DNA from: Bacteroidales bacterium
GTDB taxonomy: Bacteria; Bacteroidota; Bacteroidia; Bacteroidales; UBA932
NCBI GenBank assembly: GCA_017630215.1
Contig: JAGBVR010000005.1
Location: 34,254 to 98,253 of the forward strand
Length of the DNA: 64,000 nt
Direction: 5' to 3'
Positions within the stretch are counted from its first letter, which is position 1. The number at the start of each line of letters is the position of its first letter. The notes under the pieces are model-generated. The model was not told the DNA's origin and searched no databases. It worked only from the letters and a program-made list of their open reading frames with translations. Shown here one piece after another: positions 9,957-20,022 of this stretch. Made by a program: the position numbers and the translations under genes.

Positions 9957-11261
9957 TTATTTAGCAGGAACTGCACGAAGGTTGTCGATTCTGAATACAG
10001 GAGTACACTCTGTACCGATGACACCACCTGACCAAGGCCAGATCACGAATGTAGCGAAGTCCTCAGGCTTTGAAAGAGGAACTATACCTGAAGTACCGTC
10101 AGAATTGTATGTAAACTCTGAGAACGGAACAGTAACAGTGATCCACTTGTCGCCTGTATCGAACGAGCCTGTTGCCTCCCAAGGACGATAGAGTCCGCGG
10201 CAGAGGTCAAGACCTGCAGGATCACCAGCTGATGAATGAACGAATGTGTTGTTCTGCCAAGAGTCGTTTGCAGCCTTGTCAGCACTACAGAAGATCAGCT
10301 GCATTGCACCTGCCATCCAAGGATTGCTTGAAGGGATGTAAAGCTCGAACTTGAGGGCCATGTTCTGGAAGTTGCTGAAATCGACGATGTTACAGATAGG
10401 AACACCAGGACCAGACATGTTATCCATAGGATCTCCGTCCCATGTACCGCACCAGAAGTCGATCTTGAAGTCCTCGTTCCACGCTCCGTCAGCAGACATA
10501 GGGTTAGCACTCTTAAGTTCTACATAATTACCCATGATTCCACCTTCCGAACTGTATGTACCGCTGAAGTTCCAACCCTGAGGGACTACATCAGTACCAC
10601 CGTCGAAGTCTGTGATCAGACCGTCGCAGAAGTCATAGTAAGAGAATGGTGAACGCGCAAGACCAGACTCAGTCTCGACCTTGATCTTACCTGGCTTCGC
10701 ATCAGCAGGGATAGTGAATGTGATCTCAGTCATAGATACGCTCTTGAATGAAGTCACCTCAGCACCAGCACCATCCTCGAAAGTAACAGTCATTGGCTCA
10801 GAGAAGTAGTTACCATAAACAGTAACATCTGTACCAGGCTGCTGGAATTCGCAAGACATTGACTTGATCTGTGGAGCAGGCATCATGACCTTGAAGTCCA
10901 CAGCCAGTGTATCCTGTCCCTTTGTAATCATATACACCTTGTCGGTCTTTACCTTAGGAAGGTTACCTGGAACGGCTGCCACAAGGGTATTCGCTGTCAT
11001 GAAGCTTGTATTCAGGACAGCTTTCTGGTCATTGAAGAAGAGCTCGCGTACGCTGCAGAGATTTTCACCCACGAAGCATACGACCTCGCCCATATATGCC
11101 TGCTCGATGAGCACGTCACGGTCTGCATACCTTACGTACTGTACAGTAGGCACGCCGTCAGCCAGCTCGAATGCATCAGGATAATCCTCGCAGGAAGCGA
11201 AGCCCAATGCTGCTGCAGCCAAAAGCATTATGTTTCTGATATATCTTTTCATATCTGTCAT
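9957..11261 (-). CDS. Surface glycan-binding protein (SGBP-B-like, SusE-positioned lipoprotein)
   Basis: Lipobox FASC, IPT-like repeats, C-terminal W.TVTVPFSEF...IDNLR binding domain. Confidence 0.8.
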   Translation of the reverse strand: MTDMKRYIRNIMLLAAAALGFASCEDYPDAFELADGVPTVQYVRYADRDVLIEQAYMGEVVCFVGENLCSVRELFFNDQKAVLNTSFMTANTLVAAVPGNLPKVKTDKVYMITKGQDTLAVDFKVMMPAPQIKSMSCEFQQPGTDVTVYGNYFSEPMTVTFEDGAGAEVTSFKSVSMTEITFTIPADAKPGKIKVETESGLARSPFSYYDFCDGLITDFDGGTDVVPQGWNFSGTYSSEGGIMGNYVELKSANPMSADGAWNEDFKIDFWCGTWDGDPMDNMSGPGVPICNIVDFSNFQNMALKFELYIPSSNPWMAGAMQLIFCSADKAANDSWQNNTFVHSSAGDPAGLDLCRGLYRPWEATGSFDTGDKWITVTVPFSEFTYNSDGTSGIVPLSKPEDFATFVIWPWSGGVIGTECTPVFRIDNLRAVPAK

Positions 11262-11264
11262 TCT

Positions 11265-13094
11265 TTAGAAGTTGTAAACATACTCTGTACGCACGTCCAC
11301 AGGCTGTGCAGGCTCAAGGAGATGCGGATTGAAGACTACGTCCTCAGATGGGAGAGGAAGAGTGAAGATGTTCTCGTTTACATATGTAGAACGAGCAGGA
11401 TCATCATCATTGTATCTCACTTCGTTAGCGAAGTCAGTCTTCCACTCTGCCTTTGAAGGGTCGAATGCTGTGAGATCAGCAGGAACATCCTCGATCGATC
11501 CGCCGCAGCCTGTATACCAATAGTGCTTGCAAGCCTCGTCGTAGTTGTATACCGAGTTCATCTTCTGTGACTTGAGGTCCTCCATTGCAGCATTCTTGTC
11601 ATAGTAAGCAAGACGTACATAGTCATACCAGCGGTCACCCTCACCTGCAAGTTCGAGACGACGCTCCTTCCAGATGTCATCGAATGTAACGGCAGCAAGC
11701 GCATCCACACCGGCACGTACACGGACAGCATTCACATACTCAAGTGCCTTGCCTGCATCACCTGCGAGCAGATTAGCCTCTGCACATACGAGGTAGATGT
11801 CCGAAAGACGGAGAAGAGGTGTAGGAAGCTGATAAGACATTCTTGCGGCAGTAAAGCCCAGAGCAGCCTCGTGGTCAGCACCGTCTCCGAAGAGATGCTT
11901 CACATTCTGAGATCCGCAAGGACCTTCGAACTGTGCAGGAACACCATATGCAGCATAATCTGCATCACCGCTGTAAAGGAAGTACAGATAGTTGAATCCG
12001 TTCTTCGCATCTACCTTGGTCTTCTTTGTAGTCCAGAAATACTCATAGAAGTCACCTGCCATCATAAGAGTAGCCTTACGACGAACATCCTTTTCATTTG
12101 CAAGAGCTGCAGGACCTGCAACAGGGTCTACACCGAATGCAAGAGCAAGGTCGTATGAAGGACCGCCCCAGCCGCCCCACATATCACCGAACTCGCTGAA
12201 GCCTTCGAAGATAAGGTCAGACTGAAGGGTGTTCTGTGATGTCCAGCGTCCTGACGAGCACTCCCACTGCCAAGCGATAAGATGCTCACCTGTAGCATTG
12301 TGAACTGCAGGAGCAAGACGGAAGATATCAGAGTATACAGGAGTAAGAGTACGTCCTGAATTAAGGATCACGTCCTCTGCGTATGCCGCCGCCTTCTGAA
12401 GGTCAGCATTGTCAAGAGCACCAGAAAGACCTGCACGTGTGAGGTGCACCTTCGCAAGAAGAGCCTCTGCCGAATAGTAGTCGATACGTCCGACCCATCC
12501 TGAAGTCTGCTTAGGAAGAAGTTCCATAGCCTTCTCGAGAGTCATGATGATATATTCGTATACACTTGCTCTGTCAGCTTTGTAAAGGTCGTTGTAAGTA
12601 CCTGAAGTAAGGATGGCGTTGTTATCGTGTACGATAGGAACTTCACCGAATGTCCTTACCATATAGAAGTATGCCATTGCCTTCCATGTCAGAGCCTCAC
12701 CGATAGCCTTGTTCTTTGCAGCCTGCGATGGGCCTTCAGAGTTGAGGATATTGGTGATTACGGTATTGGCATGACCGTTCACAGCCCAGAGAGAGTATGA
12801 CATGTTTACAAGGTCAGCATCTGTTCCGTTGGTTGTGAAAGTAAGGTATGGAGAAGAACCCCAGTACATGTTTCCTGACATAACCTCACCGATCTTGATG
12901 AAGGCACGCTGGAAATCATACCAAGGCGAGTTGTAGAGGAAGTTCACTCCCTGCTCGACCTGAGCATCGTTCTGGTAGAAGTTATCTACGTTATAGTTGT
13001 CTTCGGTCGGACGGTTGAGGAAGTCCTGACAAGAAGCCATTCCCAAAGCAAGGACTCCTACCATCGCACCTTTGAATATATTCTTAAGTTTCAT
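11265..13094 (-). CDS. susD: SusD/RagB-family glycan-binding lipoprotein
   Basis: SCQDFL, LLRLSDIYL, ERRLELAGEGDRWYD; adjacent to SusC. Confidence 0.95.
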   Translation of the reverse strand: MKLKNIFKGAMVGVLALGMASCQDFLNRPTEDNYNVDNFYQNDAQVEQGVNFLYNSPWYDFQRAFIKIGEVMSGNMYWGSSPYLTFTTNGTDADLVNMSYSLWAVNGHANTVITNILNSEGPSQAAKNKAIGEALTWKAMAYFYMVRTFGEVPIVHDNNAILTSGTYNDLYKADRASVYEYIIMTLEKAMELLPKQTSGWVGRIDYYSAEALLAKVHLTRAGLSGALDNADLQKAAAYAEDVILNSGRTLTPVYSDIFRLAPAVHNATGEHLIAWQWECSSGRWTSQNTLQSDLIFEGFSEFGDMWGGWGGPSYDLALAFGVDPVAGPAALANEKDVRRKATLMMAGDFYEYFWTTKKTKVDAKNGFNYLYFLYSGDADYAAYGVPAQFEGPCGSQNVKHLFGDGADHEAALGFTAARMSYQLPTPLLRLSDIYLVCAEANLLAGDAGKALEYVNAVRVRAGVDALAAVTFDDIWKERRLELAGEGDRWYDYVRLAYYDKNAAMEDLKSQKMNSVYNYDEACKHYWYTGCGGSIEDVPADLTAFDPSKAEWKTDFANEVRYNDDDPARSTYVNENIFTLPLPSEDVVFNPHLLEPAQPVDVRTEYVYNF

Positions 13095-13112
13095 ATTCGT
13101 TTTCTTTAAGGA

Positions 13113-16100
13113 TTAGAATGTAAGGCTAACACCGAATGAATATGTAGTAGGAGATGGGTAACGGCCGTTATCCACACCGTATGCATATCCTGATGAATCC
13201 TGTGTCGAAGCACCGACTTCAGGGTCATATCCTGAATACTTGGTGAAAGTATAGAGGTTCTGGATGTTGCAGTAAACACGGATATTGTCGAAATGAGCCT
13301 TCTGCATCCACTTCTTAGGGAAGGTGTATCCGAGAGTGAGGTTCTTGATACGGAGGTAAGAACCATCCTCGATGTAACGAGTGCTGAGACGGTCATTGTC
13401 GTTAGGGTCGTTGAGGGTAGGACGTGGAGTCTTTGTACCTGAGTTCACAACCTTCACATTTGTGATGTCATCATACCAGTTACCGCTTTCATATACCTTG
13501 TCAGGATCGATAGGAGCAAGTTGTGCTCTGTCCTTGATAGCATGATTGTTCTGGTTCACCCAGGCTGATCTCATTGAAGCAAGACCGCCTGAAGGACCGT
13601 TCATGAGGCTGTAGTTGAGAACCTTGTTGCCATATGATCCGTTGATGAAGATATTGAGGTCGAATCCCTTGTAGCGGAATGTATTGTTCCATCCGAAAGT
13701 GAACTTAGGAAGCGGACTTCCAATGTCGGTACGGTCCTGATCGTCGATCATTCCGTCTCCATTGATATCCTTGTACTTAAGGTCACCGACCCACACTGTG
13801 TTAGAACGGTTGTATACACCGTTGGCAGGATGCTTCGCTGTCTTTGGAGAGTTTTCGATATCCTCAAGAGACTCGTAAACACCTTCCACTACATATCCGT
13901 AGAAGTTGTAGAGAGGCTTGCCGATCTCAGATACGCAGACCACGTCGCTCCACTGACCGTAACCTACGATGCTGGCAGCTGTTGTTCCGCTGAGAGCCTT
14001 GAGGGTGTTGCGGTTGAATGAAACCTGAAGGTTGCTGTCCCACTGGAATTCGCCTGTGAAAGGATGTGCGTCGAGAGTAATCTCAAGACCCTTGTTCTCG
14101 ATGCTGCCGAAGTTACCCTTAGGAGCAGAAAGAACTGACGAACCGTTACCCTGTGTACCCATGTAAGAAGGAAGCTGCATTGTCATGAGCATGTTTTCAG
14201 ACACCTTCTTGTAAAGATCCACTGTAAGGTTCAATCTATCCTGGAAGAATCCCAGGTCGAAACCGAGGTTGAGCTGAGTCTGCGACTCCCACTGAACTGC
14301 TGTATTGGCGATGTTTGCAGGACGGTAACCTGCTCCGAGAGCAGAGTCCATAGGGCTGATAGATGATCCCCATGCATAACCACCGATGTTAGAGTTACCG
14401 GTCTGTCCCCATCCGAAGCGTACCTTACCGTTGCTCCACCACTCGAGGCTTTCCATCCACTTCTCGTTAGTGAATCTCCAAGATCCTGCTACTGAGTGGA
14501 ATCCTGCCCAACGGTTCTCAGGACCGAAGTTAGATGAACCGTCATAACGATAAGTATATGTCAGATAGTATCTGTCATCATAATTATAGGTCTCACGTGT
14601 GAAGAATGAAGCCATTGCAGCACTTCCGAATCCGGAACCGATGGTAGGAGTACCTGCTCCGAGTGACGGATTGTGAACCTCATCAGAAGGAAGCTTTGTA
14701 TTATAGATGCTCTGATACTCCCAACGTGACTCCCACATTTCCTGTCCGACCATCGCAGAGACATTGTGCTTGCCCCACTGGTTTGCATATGTGAGATAGT
14801 TCTTGAGCTGCCAGTAAGTGTTGGTATTGTTCTGCCATCTGGTCTCATTGTTACCACGCTGCCAGTTTCCGAGATCTACCATTGGCTCATATGTCTCTGA
14901 TTTGCTGTGGCTTACATCGAAACCAAGCTCAGTATGCCAGGTAAGATTCTTGATAGGGTTGATATCAGCGAAGATATTACCTGTGAGTTTCTGACGCTTG
15001 AGGATGATGTCATCGAGCATCGCCATAGCGATAGGGTTCACACGTGCACCAAGACCCTCACGTACCTCTGAAGTGAAGTTTCCGTCCACATCATAGATAG
15101 GAATGTCAGGAAGAGAGTTGAGTGATGAGAATACGATACCTGCCTCACCGTCAGCAAGCTTAAGATCGTCGACTGTGTTTGAGTAAGTAGCGTTCACACC
15201 GAGCTTGAGCCACTTCTTGAGCTGTGCGTCGAGATTTGTTCTTACGCTGAAACGCTCGAAGTTAGAACCGATGATGGTACCTTCCTGATCCATATAAGAT
15301 CCCGAAACATAGTACTGAACCTTGTCTGTACCACCTGAAGCTGAAATCTGGTGCTGATGCTGGAGAGCTGTCTGGAAGATAGCATCCTGCCAGTTTGTAC
15401 CTACTCCGAGGATTGAAGGATCTGCATAATATGCATTCGGCTCATAGATTTCACCGATTGAAACGAGTTCATTGTAGAACTGTGCATATTCACGGAGATT
15501 CATCATATCCACGCGTACATTCTGCTGAGAAACAGCGAACATACCGTCATAAGTGAACTTAGCCTCACCTGCCTTACCACGCTTGGTAGTGATGAGGATG
15601 ACACCGTTCGCACCCTGAGCACCATAGATCGCAGTTGCAGAAGCATCCTTAAGGATCTCCATGCTTACGATGTCGGCAGGGTTGATGGTAGAGAGAGGTG
15701 AAATGGTAGAAACCGAACCGTTTCCGAGTGCATCACCAAGACCGAAAGAAGCTCCGGAAGCACCATTGCCCTGAACGATCACACCGTCGATAACGTAGAG
15801 AGGCTCTGCGTTGGCATTGATGGTAGCCTGTCCGCGGACACGGATTGATGATGAAGAACCAGGGGCTCCTGAAGTCTGCACGGCTGTCACACCGGCTGCA
15901 CGACCCTGGAGAGTCTGGTCAAGTGACGAAACGATCGAACCCTTGATGGATTCCTCGCTCATAGAAACGGATGAACCTGAAAGGTCACTTCTCTTCATCG
16001 TACCGTAACCTACGACTACGACTTCATCCAGAAGCTGTCTGTCTTCCTGCAGAGTTGCATTATAGACATTCTGGCTGCCTACGAGAAGTTCTACATCCTT

Positions 16101-16325
16101 GTAACCGATGGAAGAGATGACGATTGTCGCACCCTGACGGACGCTCAATGTCCAATTTCCATCCAGATCTGTAACGGCACCGTTCTGGGTACCTTTCTCA
16201 ATGACGCTCGCACCGGCCACAGGACCCACCTCGTCAACGACTGTACCGCTGACCTGTTTGGTCTGTGCCATCAGCGAGAAGCTCAGAAAGAGCATCGCCA
16301 GGCAAGTAAATAGTTTACTTTTCAT
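13113..16325 (-). CDS. susC: SusC/RagA TonB-dependent transporter
   Basis: LDEVVVVGYG, ILKDASATAIYGAQGANGVILITTKRG, C-terminal Phe. Confidence 0.97.
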   Translation of the reverse strand: MKSKLFTCLAMLFLSFSLMAQTKQVSGTVVDEVGPVAGASVIEKGTQNGAVTDLDGNWTLSVRQGATIVISSIGYKDVELLVGSQNVYNATLQEDRQLLDEVVVVGYGTMKRSDLSGSSVSMSEESIKGSIVSSLDQTLQGRAAGVTAVQTSGAPGSSSSIRVRGQATINANAEPLYVIDGVIVQGNGASGASFGLGDALGNGSVSTISPLSTINPADIVSMEILKDASATAIYGAQGANGVILITTKRGKAGEAKFTYDGMFAVSQQNVRVDMMNLREYAQFYNELVSIGEIYEPNAYYADPSILGVGTNWQDAIFQTALQHQHQISASGGTDKVQYYVSGSYMDQEGTIIGSNFERFSVRTNLDAQLKKWLKLGVNATYSNTVDDLKLADGEAGIVFSSLNSLPDIPIYDVDGNFTSEVREGLGARVNPIAMAMLDDIILKRQKLTGNIFADINPIKNLTWHTELGFDVSHSKSETYEPMVDLGNWQRGNNETRWQNNTNTYWQLKNYLTYANQWGKHNVSAMVGQEMWESRWEYQSIYNTKLPSDEVHNPSLGAGTPTIGSGFGSAAMASFFTRETYNYDDRYYLTYTYRYDGSSNFGPENRWAGFHSVAGSWRFTNEKWMESLEWWSNGKVRFGWGQTGNSNIGGYAWGSSISPMDSALGAGYRPANIANTAVQWESQTQLNLGFDLGFFQDRLNLTVDLYKKVSENMLMTMQLPSYMGTQGNGSSVLSAPKGNFGSIENKGLEITLDAHPFTGEFQWDSNLQVSFNRNTLKALSGTTAASIVGYGQWSDVVCVSEIGKPLYNFYGYVVEGVYESLEDIENSPKTAKHPANGVYNRSNTVWVGDLKYKDINGDGMIDDQDRTDIGSPLPKFTFGWNNTFRYKGFDLNIFINGSYGNKVLNYSLMNGPSGGLASMRSAWVNQNNHAIKDRAQLAPIDPDKVYESGNWYDDITNVKVVNSGTKTPRPTLNDPNDNDRLSTRYIEDGSYLRIKNLTLGYTFPKKWMQKAHFDNIRVYCNIQNLYTFTKYSGYDPEVGASTQDSSGYAYGVDNGRYPSPTTYSFGVSLTF

Positions 16326-16365
16326 GTTACTGAATTTAGTGTTAATAAATTATGTATGTTGTGTG

Positions 16366-16392
16366 AGATTTCTCGACAAACTCGAAATGACA
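16366..16392 (-). repeat. Solo TGTCAT-family palindrome
   Basis: Minus strand reads TGTCATTTCGAGTTTGTCGAGAAATCT, directly after the GH5-CE7 stop codon. Confidence 0.75.
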
Positions 16393-18876
16393 CTATATGT
16401 ATTTTTCGAAGAAGTCTTCCTTAGCTATCGGCCATCCTTCCTGCTGCCACACATTGTGGAAGGCCTCCGGATAGCAGATCCAGGATTTTTCAGTGCGGAT
16501 ATGATTGTATCCGGCGAAATTCGTATGCGGAGGGCAGACATCATCCTGGAGTCCGATGGCCATGATCACCGGGCACTGGATCCTGTCTGTGAAATTCTTT
16601 ATATCGAAATAGCTCAGAACCTTGAACATCTCCTCTTCCGACATTCCTGCTTCCTTTGCCGCCGCCTCGATCGGATCTCCAGGCCAGCCGGCAAGGCGGA
16701 AATAGTCCGGATAATCGCAAAGGAAAGGAGCAGAAGGTGCAATCGCCTTGAGTCTTCCGTCCAATGAAGCCGCCGCCAGAGTAAGGGCTCCGCCCTGGCT
16801 TTCGCCTGCAGCGAAGACACGGTCGACATCAGTCTTTTCCAGCGAGCATACAAAGTCAATCGCCCTCACAGCATCTGCAAAGGCTCCACGATAATAATAT
16901 GTATCCTTGTCTGCAATTCCTCTTGCACACCAGTCATCCTTTTCACCAGGCTTTCTGTTGAACGCCTGATTGCGTACGCAGAGCATGAACTCTATCATCT
17001 GAGGATTTGAAGAAGGATCGGCATACCACACTTCACTGCCATATCCCATATATGAGATCATTGCAGGATATTTTCCATCTGCCACAGGCACATAAAGAAG
17101 TCCGCTGACGGTCTCGTCGCCAAAAGACTTCATCTCCACACGATAAGCCTGGCGGACATCATTGGAATGTTCCTTCAAAAGAGTAAACTGCGGCTGCATA
17201 TCCACTTCAGCAAGCTCTGCGAGAGTCTCCGCCCAGAATGAATCGAAATCCGGCTGCTTATCCTGCTCGGAAATGATCTGCTCAGGATTGATACCGATAT
17301 TGGTTCTGGCAATTTCCGATTTACCCCCATTCCTTACGGCATAAGCCACCGCCTTGTAGAAACCGGGAGCGAGGTCAAGTTCAAAGTCAATCACACCATC
17401 TTCGGCTGGCTTTGAAATTGTCAGAACAGACTCACCGAAATCAGTGCTTACTTCCAGCTCAATGCCGGTTTTCATTTTCCTTGCAGCATCCACCTTCACC
17501 TGCAGCTTGTGCGGGCCATCACCTTCGAATATTCCGGAATTATCTTCGAACATGAAATCAGCCTTGGGAAGAACAGCCTTGGCAATTGCGTCAGTGGCCT
17601 CCTTTATGACCGCCACTGTGGATTCATCACACGCATAAACAGAATTGAGTCCCTGCTGCTCCTGAGCCGGATCACCGCAGTAATCATCACCAGGCTGCCA
17701 GTAGATATTGGTCTGCGACTGACCTGCAAGACCTCCCCAGCCCCAGAAATTCAGACCGGCGAAAAGACCGCCTTCCTCTGCAGCCTCAACGATACGGCCG
17801 AAAACATGTCTGTAGTATTCGTCTCTGGATGTAGTAGGAGTACCCTGAGCGAACTGGAAATCGTCACGTGGGAATCCGAACTCCTCAAGCACCACCGGCT
17901 TGCCATATTTCTCAGCAATCGCAAGATGCTCGTTGATATACTCATCTGTATTGGCAATGGCTATCGGGAGGTTGGTCTTGAGCGTTTTCTCACGCACCCA
18001 GCTCCAGTTATAAGGCCAGATGTGGATGTTCATGTAGTCGATATCCGGGCATGAATGCACCTTTTCCCAAAGCGGCAGACTACCCTCGCATCCATGACGG
18101 CCCTCACTACCGGATGAAACCATATGGTTAGGGTCAATCGACTTGATCAATGCAGCTGTAGTCCACATGAAGTCCACGAAAGCAGCCTGTCCCAAAGAAT
18201 CCGGTCTGAAGCAGCGAGGCTCATTGCCTATCTGCCATGAAAAGATAGCAGGGTCATCCTTATATGGCTTGCCAGTAACGGTGTTCGTACGGCTTACCAC
18301 ATGCCTTACATGATCGAAGAAGAATTCCTTAGCCTTTTCATTGGTCACGAACTGAGATACGGATTCGCAATATGCAGTATATCCCACTTCAGCAGGAATC
18401 AGGGCTTTACCAGCACCTGCCCACTCGAGATACATTCCATATCCTCCAGACCATTCCCATGAATTGTTGATGTAAAGGACGGCTTTCATATCCCTTTCCG
18501 CCATCTCCGCCAACAGATAGTCAAGACCACGGAAAATGGTATCATTGTAGACTCCCGGCTCCTTCTGGAGTGTAGGACTGACACGGGTAGGAATACCGTC
18601 AGGGCCATCGCCACCGACAAGCACACGCAGATTCACCATGCCCAGAGCCTTGAGTGTATCAAGCTCAGCCTCAAGGCGTTCACGGTCTCCACCTACGCCC
18701 TCGCTACCGAGAATGGCGCCGTACCAGAAATTGGTTCCGACAAAATGTGACGGGTAATTTTCACAAACGAACTGACCGTCTTCGACCTTTACGAAAGACG
18801 GTTTTTGAGCCTGACATGAGCACAGCAAAGCCGCTGCGGCAATAGTCAGGACCGATAAGATCCGGGTAAATTTCAT
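16393..18876 (-). CDS. GH5 (subfamily 7-like) beta-mannanase/mannosidase fused to CE7 acetyl esterase
   Basis: N-terminal GTNFWYG, WQIGNEPR, LEEFG; C-terminal GESQGG, GLQDDVCPP and His of CE7. Confidence 0.9.
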   Translation of the reverse strand: MKFTRILSVLTIAAAALLCSCQAQKPSFVKVEDGQFVCENYPSHFVGTNFWYGAILGSEGVGGDRERLEAELDTLKALGMVNLRVLVGGDGPDGIPTRVSPTLQKEPGVYNDTIFRGLDYLLAEMAERDMKAVLYINNSWEWSGGYGMYLEWAGAGKALIPAEVGYTAYCESVSQFVTNEKAKEFFFDHVRHVVSRTNTVTGKPYKDDPAIFSWQIGNEPRCFRPDSLGQAAFVDFMWTTAALIKSIDPNHMVSSGSEGRHGCEGSLPLWEKVHSCPDIDYMNIHIWPYNWSWVREKTLKTNLPIAIANTDEYINEHLAIAEKYGKPVVLEEFGFPRDDFQFAQGTPTTSRDEYYRHVFGRIVEAAEEGGLFAGLNFWGWGGLAGQSQTNIYWQPGDDYCGDPAQEQQGLNSVYACDESTVAVIKEATDAIAKAVLPKADFMFEDNSGIFEGDGPHKLQVKVDAARKMKTGIELEVSTDFGESVLTISKPAEDGVIDFELDLAPGFYKAVAYAVRNGGKSEIARTNIGINPEQIISEQDKQPDFDSFWAETLAELAEVDMQPQFTLLKEHSNDVRQAYRVEMKSFGDETVSGLLYVPVADGKYPAMISYMGYGSEVWYADPSSNPQMIEFMLCVRNQAFNRKPGEKDDWCARGIADKDTYYYRGAFADAVRAIDFVCSLEKTDVDRVFAAGESQGGALTLAAASLDGRLKAIAPSAPFLCDYPDYFRLAGWPGDPIEAAAKEAGMSEEEMFKVLSYFDIKNFTDRIQCPVIMAIGLQDDVCPPHTNFAGYNHIRTEKSWICYPEAFHNVWQQEGWPIAKEDFFEKYI

Positions 18877-18907
18877 TTATGTTTAGCGCTAAAAAATTAT
18901 GGTAACG

Positions 18908-18915
18908 CAAATTTA
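18908..18915 (-). promoter_or_regulatory. Bacteroidetes -7 promoter element for the mannan operon
   Basis: TAAATTTG on the minus strand (TAnnTTTG consensus), about 30 nt upstream of the GH5-CE7 start. Confidence 0.55.
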
Positions 18916-18966
18916 CAATTATACCCCAAGTCAAACAAATATAATATTATCAAATATTAATACTTT

Positions 18967-19845
18967 TTAAACTATTACCTTATTCTTCTTGAACATTGCC
19001 CTGAAATCACGCGGCGTATAATTGCGTTTTTCTTTGAAAGTTCTGTTGAAATTCGAGAGATTATTGAACCCGCATTCATAGCATATTTCAGAAATGTTCT
19101 TTGTAGAATCCACCAACATTCTGGCAGCATAACCCAAGCGGATGTCTATGATGTAATCCGACAAGGTACGCCCCGTCCTCTGACGGAAGAAACGGCTGAA
19201 AGCCACAGAACTCATTCCCACAAGATCCGCCAGATCCGCCAATTTCAAAGGCTTGGAATAATTTTCATTGATATATTGCTTAACCTTCTGAACGCGACGA
19301 CTTTCCATTGTTCTCTCAGAATGAGCGAAAGAGCTGGAAGCCAGGACTCTGGACTCCTCAGAAACGGACAATTCATAAAGTATGTAAAGAAACTTGAGGA
19401 ACTGGACGAAACGCTCCTGCTCCTGGGCGATAGTATCCAGGGTGGAATAAACCTTCATTATCGAAGAAATCGGAAAAACAAGTCCGTGGTCAGCCCTTCT
19501 GAGCATCCTTCTGATAGAAGTGAACTGATTCTTGGAAAGGAGATCACTTCCAAATATATCAGAAGAGAACTGAATGGTTATCTCTCTGATATCCTTTGAC
19601 TTGCACCTACCCTGTTCCCACACGTGCTCCAAGTCCTCACCACCGATCAAGACCAGCTCGTAATCACCGATTTCCTCCACGCTGTCCCCCACTATCCTGC
19701 GCACTCCCTTCCCATGCTCGATAAAGTTAAGTTCGAACTCCTTGTGCTGGTGCAGAGGATAGGTGAATTCCGTCTTATGACGCTCCACTATATAGAAACA
19801 GTCTCTTTCCGAGAGCCTGGTTATTTCTGTAAATACTTTAGCCAT
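18967..19845 (-). CDS. AraC-family transcriptional regulator (cupin + HTH)
   Basis: PLHQHKEFEL cupin; ICYECGFNNLSNFNRTFK HTH; likely start MAKVFT at 19845, downstream of TATCTTTG at 19906-19913. Confidence 0.93.
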   Translation of the reverse strand: MAKVFTEITRLSERDCFYIVERHKTEFTYPLHQHKEFELNFIEHGKGVRRIVGDSVEEIGDYELVLIGGEDLEHVWEQGRCKSKDIREITIQFSSDIFGSDLLSKNQFTSIRRMLRRADHGLVFPISSIMKVYSTLDTIAQEQERFVQFLKFLYILYELSVSEESRVLASSSFAHSERTMESRRVQKVKQYINENYSKPLKLADLADLVGMSSVAFSRFFRQRTGRTLSDYIIDIRLGYAARMLVDSTKNISEICYECGFNNLSNFNRTFKEKRNYTPRDFRAMFKKNKVIV

Positions 19846-20022
19846 GATTACATATAATTCAAAATCTACAATATCAGCAAGGTGAAGTGTAGCATAAAGT
19901 ATCTGCAAAGATACAATTTTTCAAAATAATGATACTTTTTTAACATATTTTTATATGCTATTTTGAACTAGGGTGGAATGCATGATGAATTTTATTATAT
20001 TTGTAAAAAACCAGACAAACAT

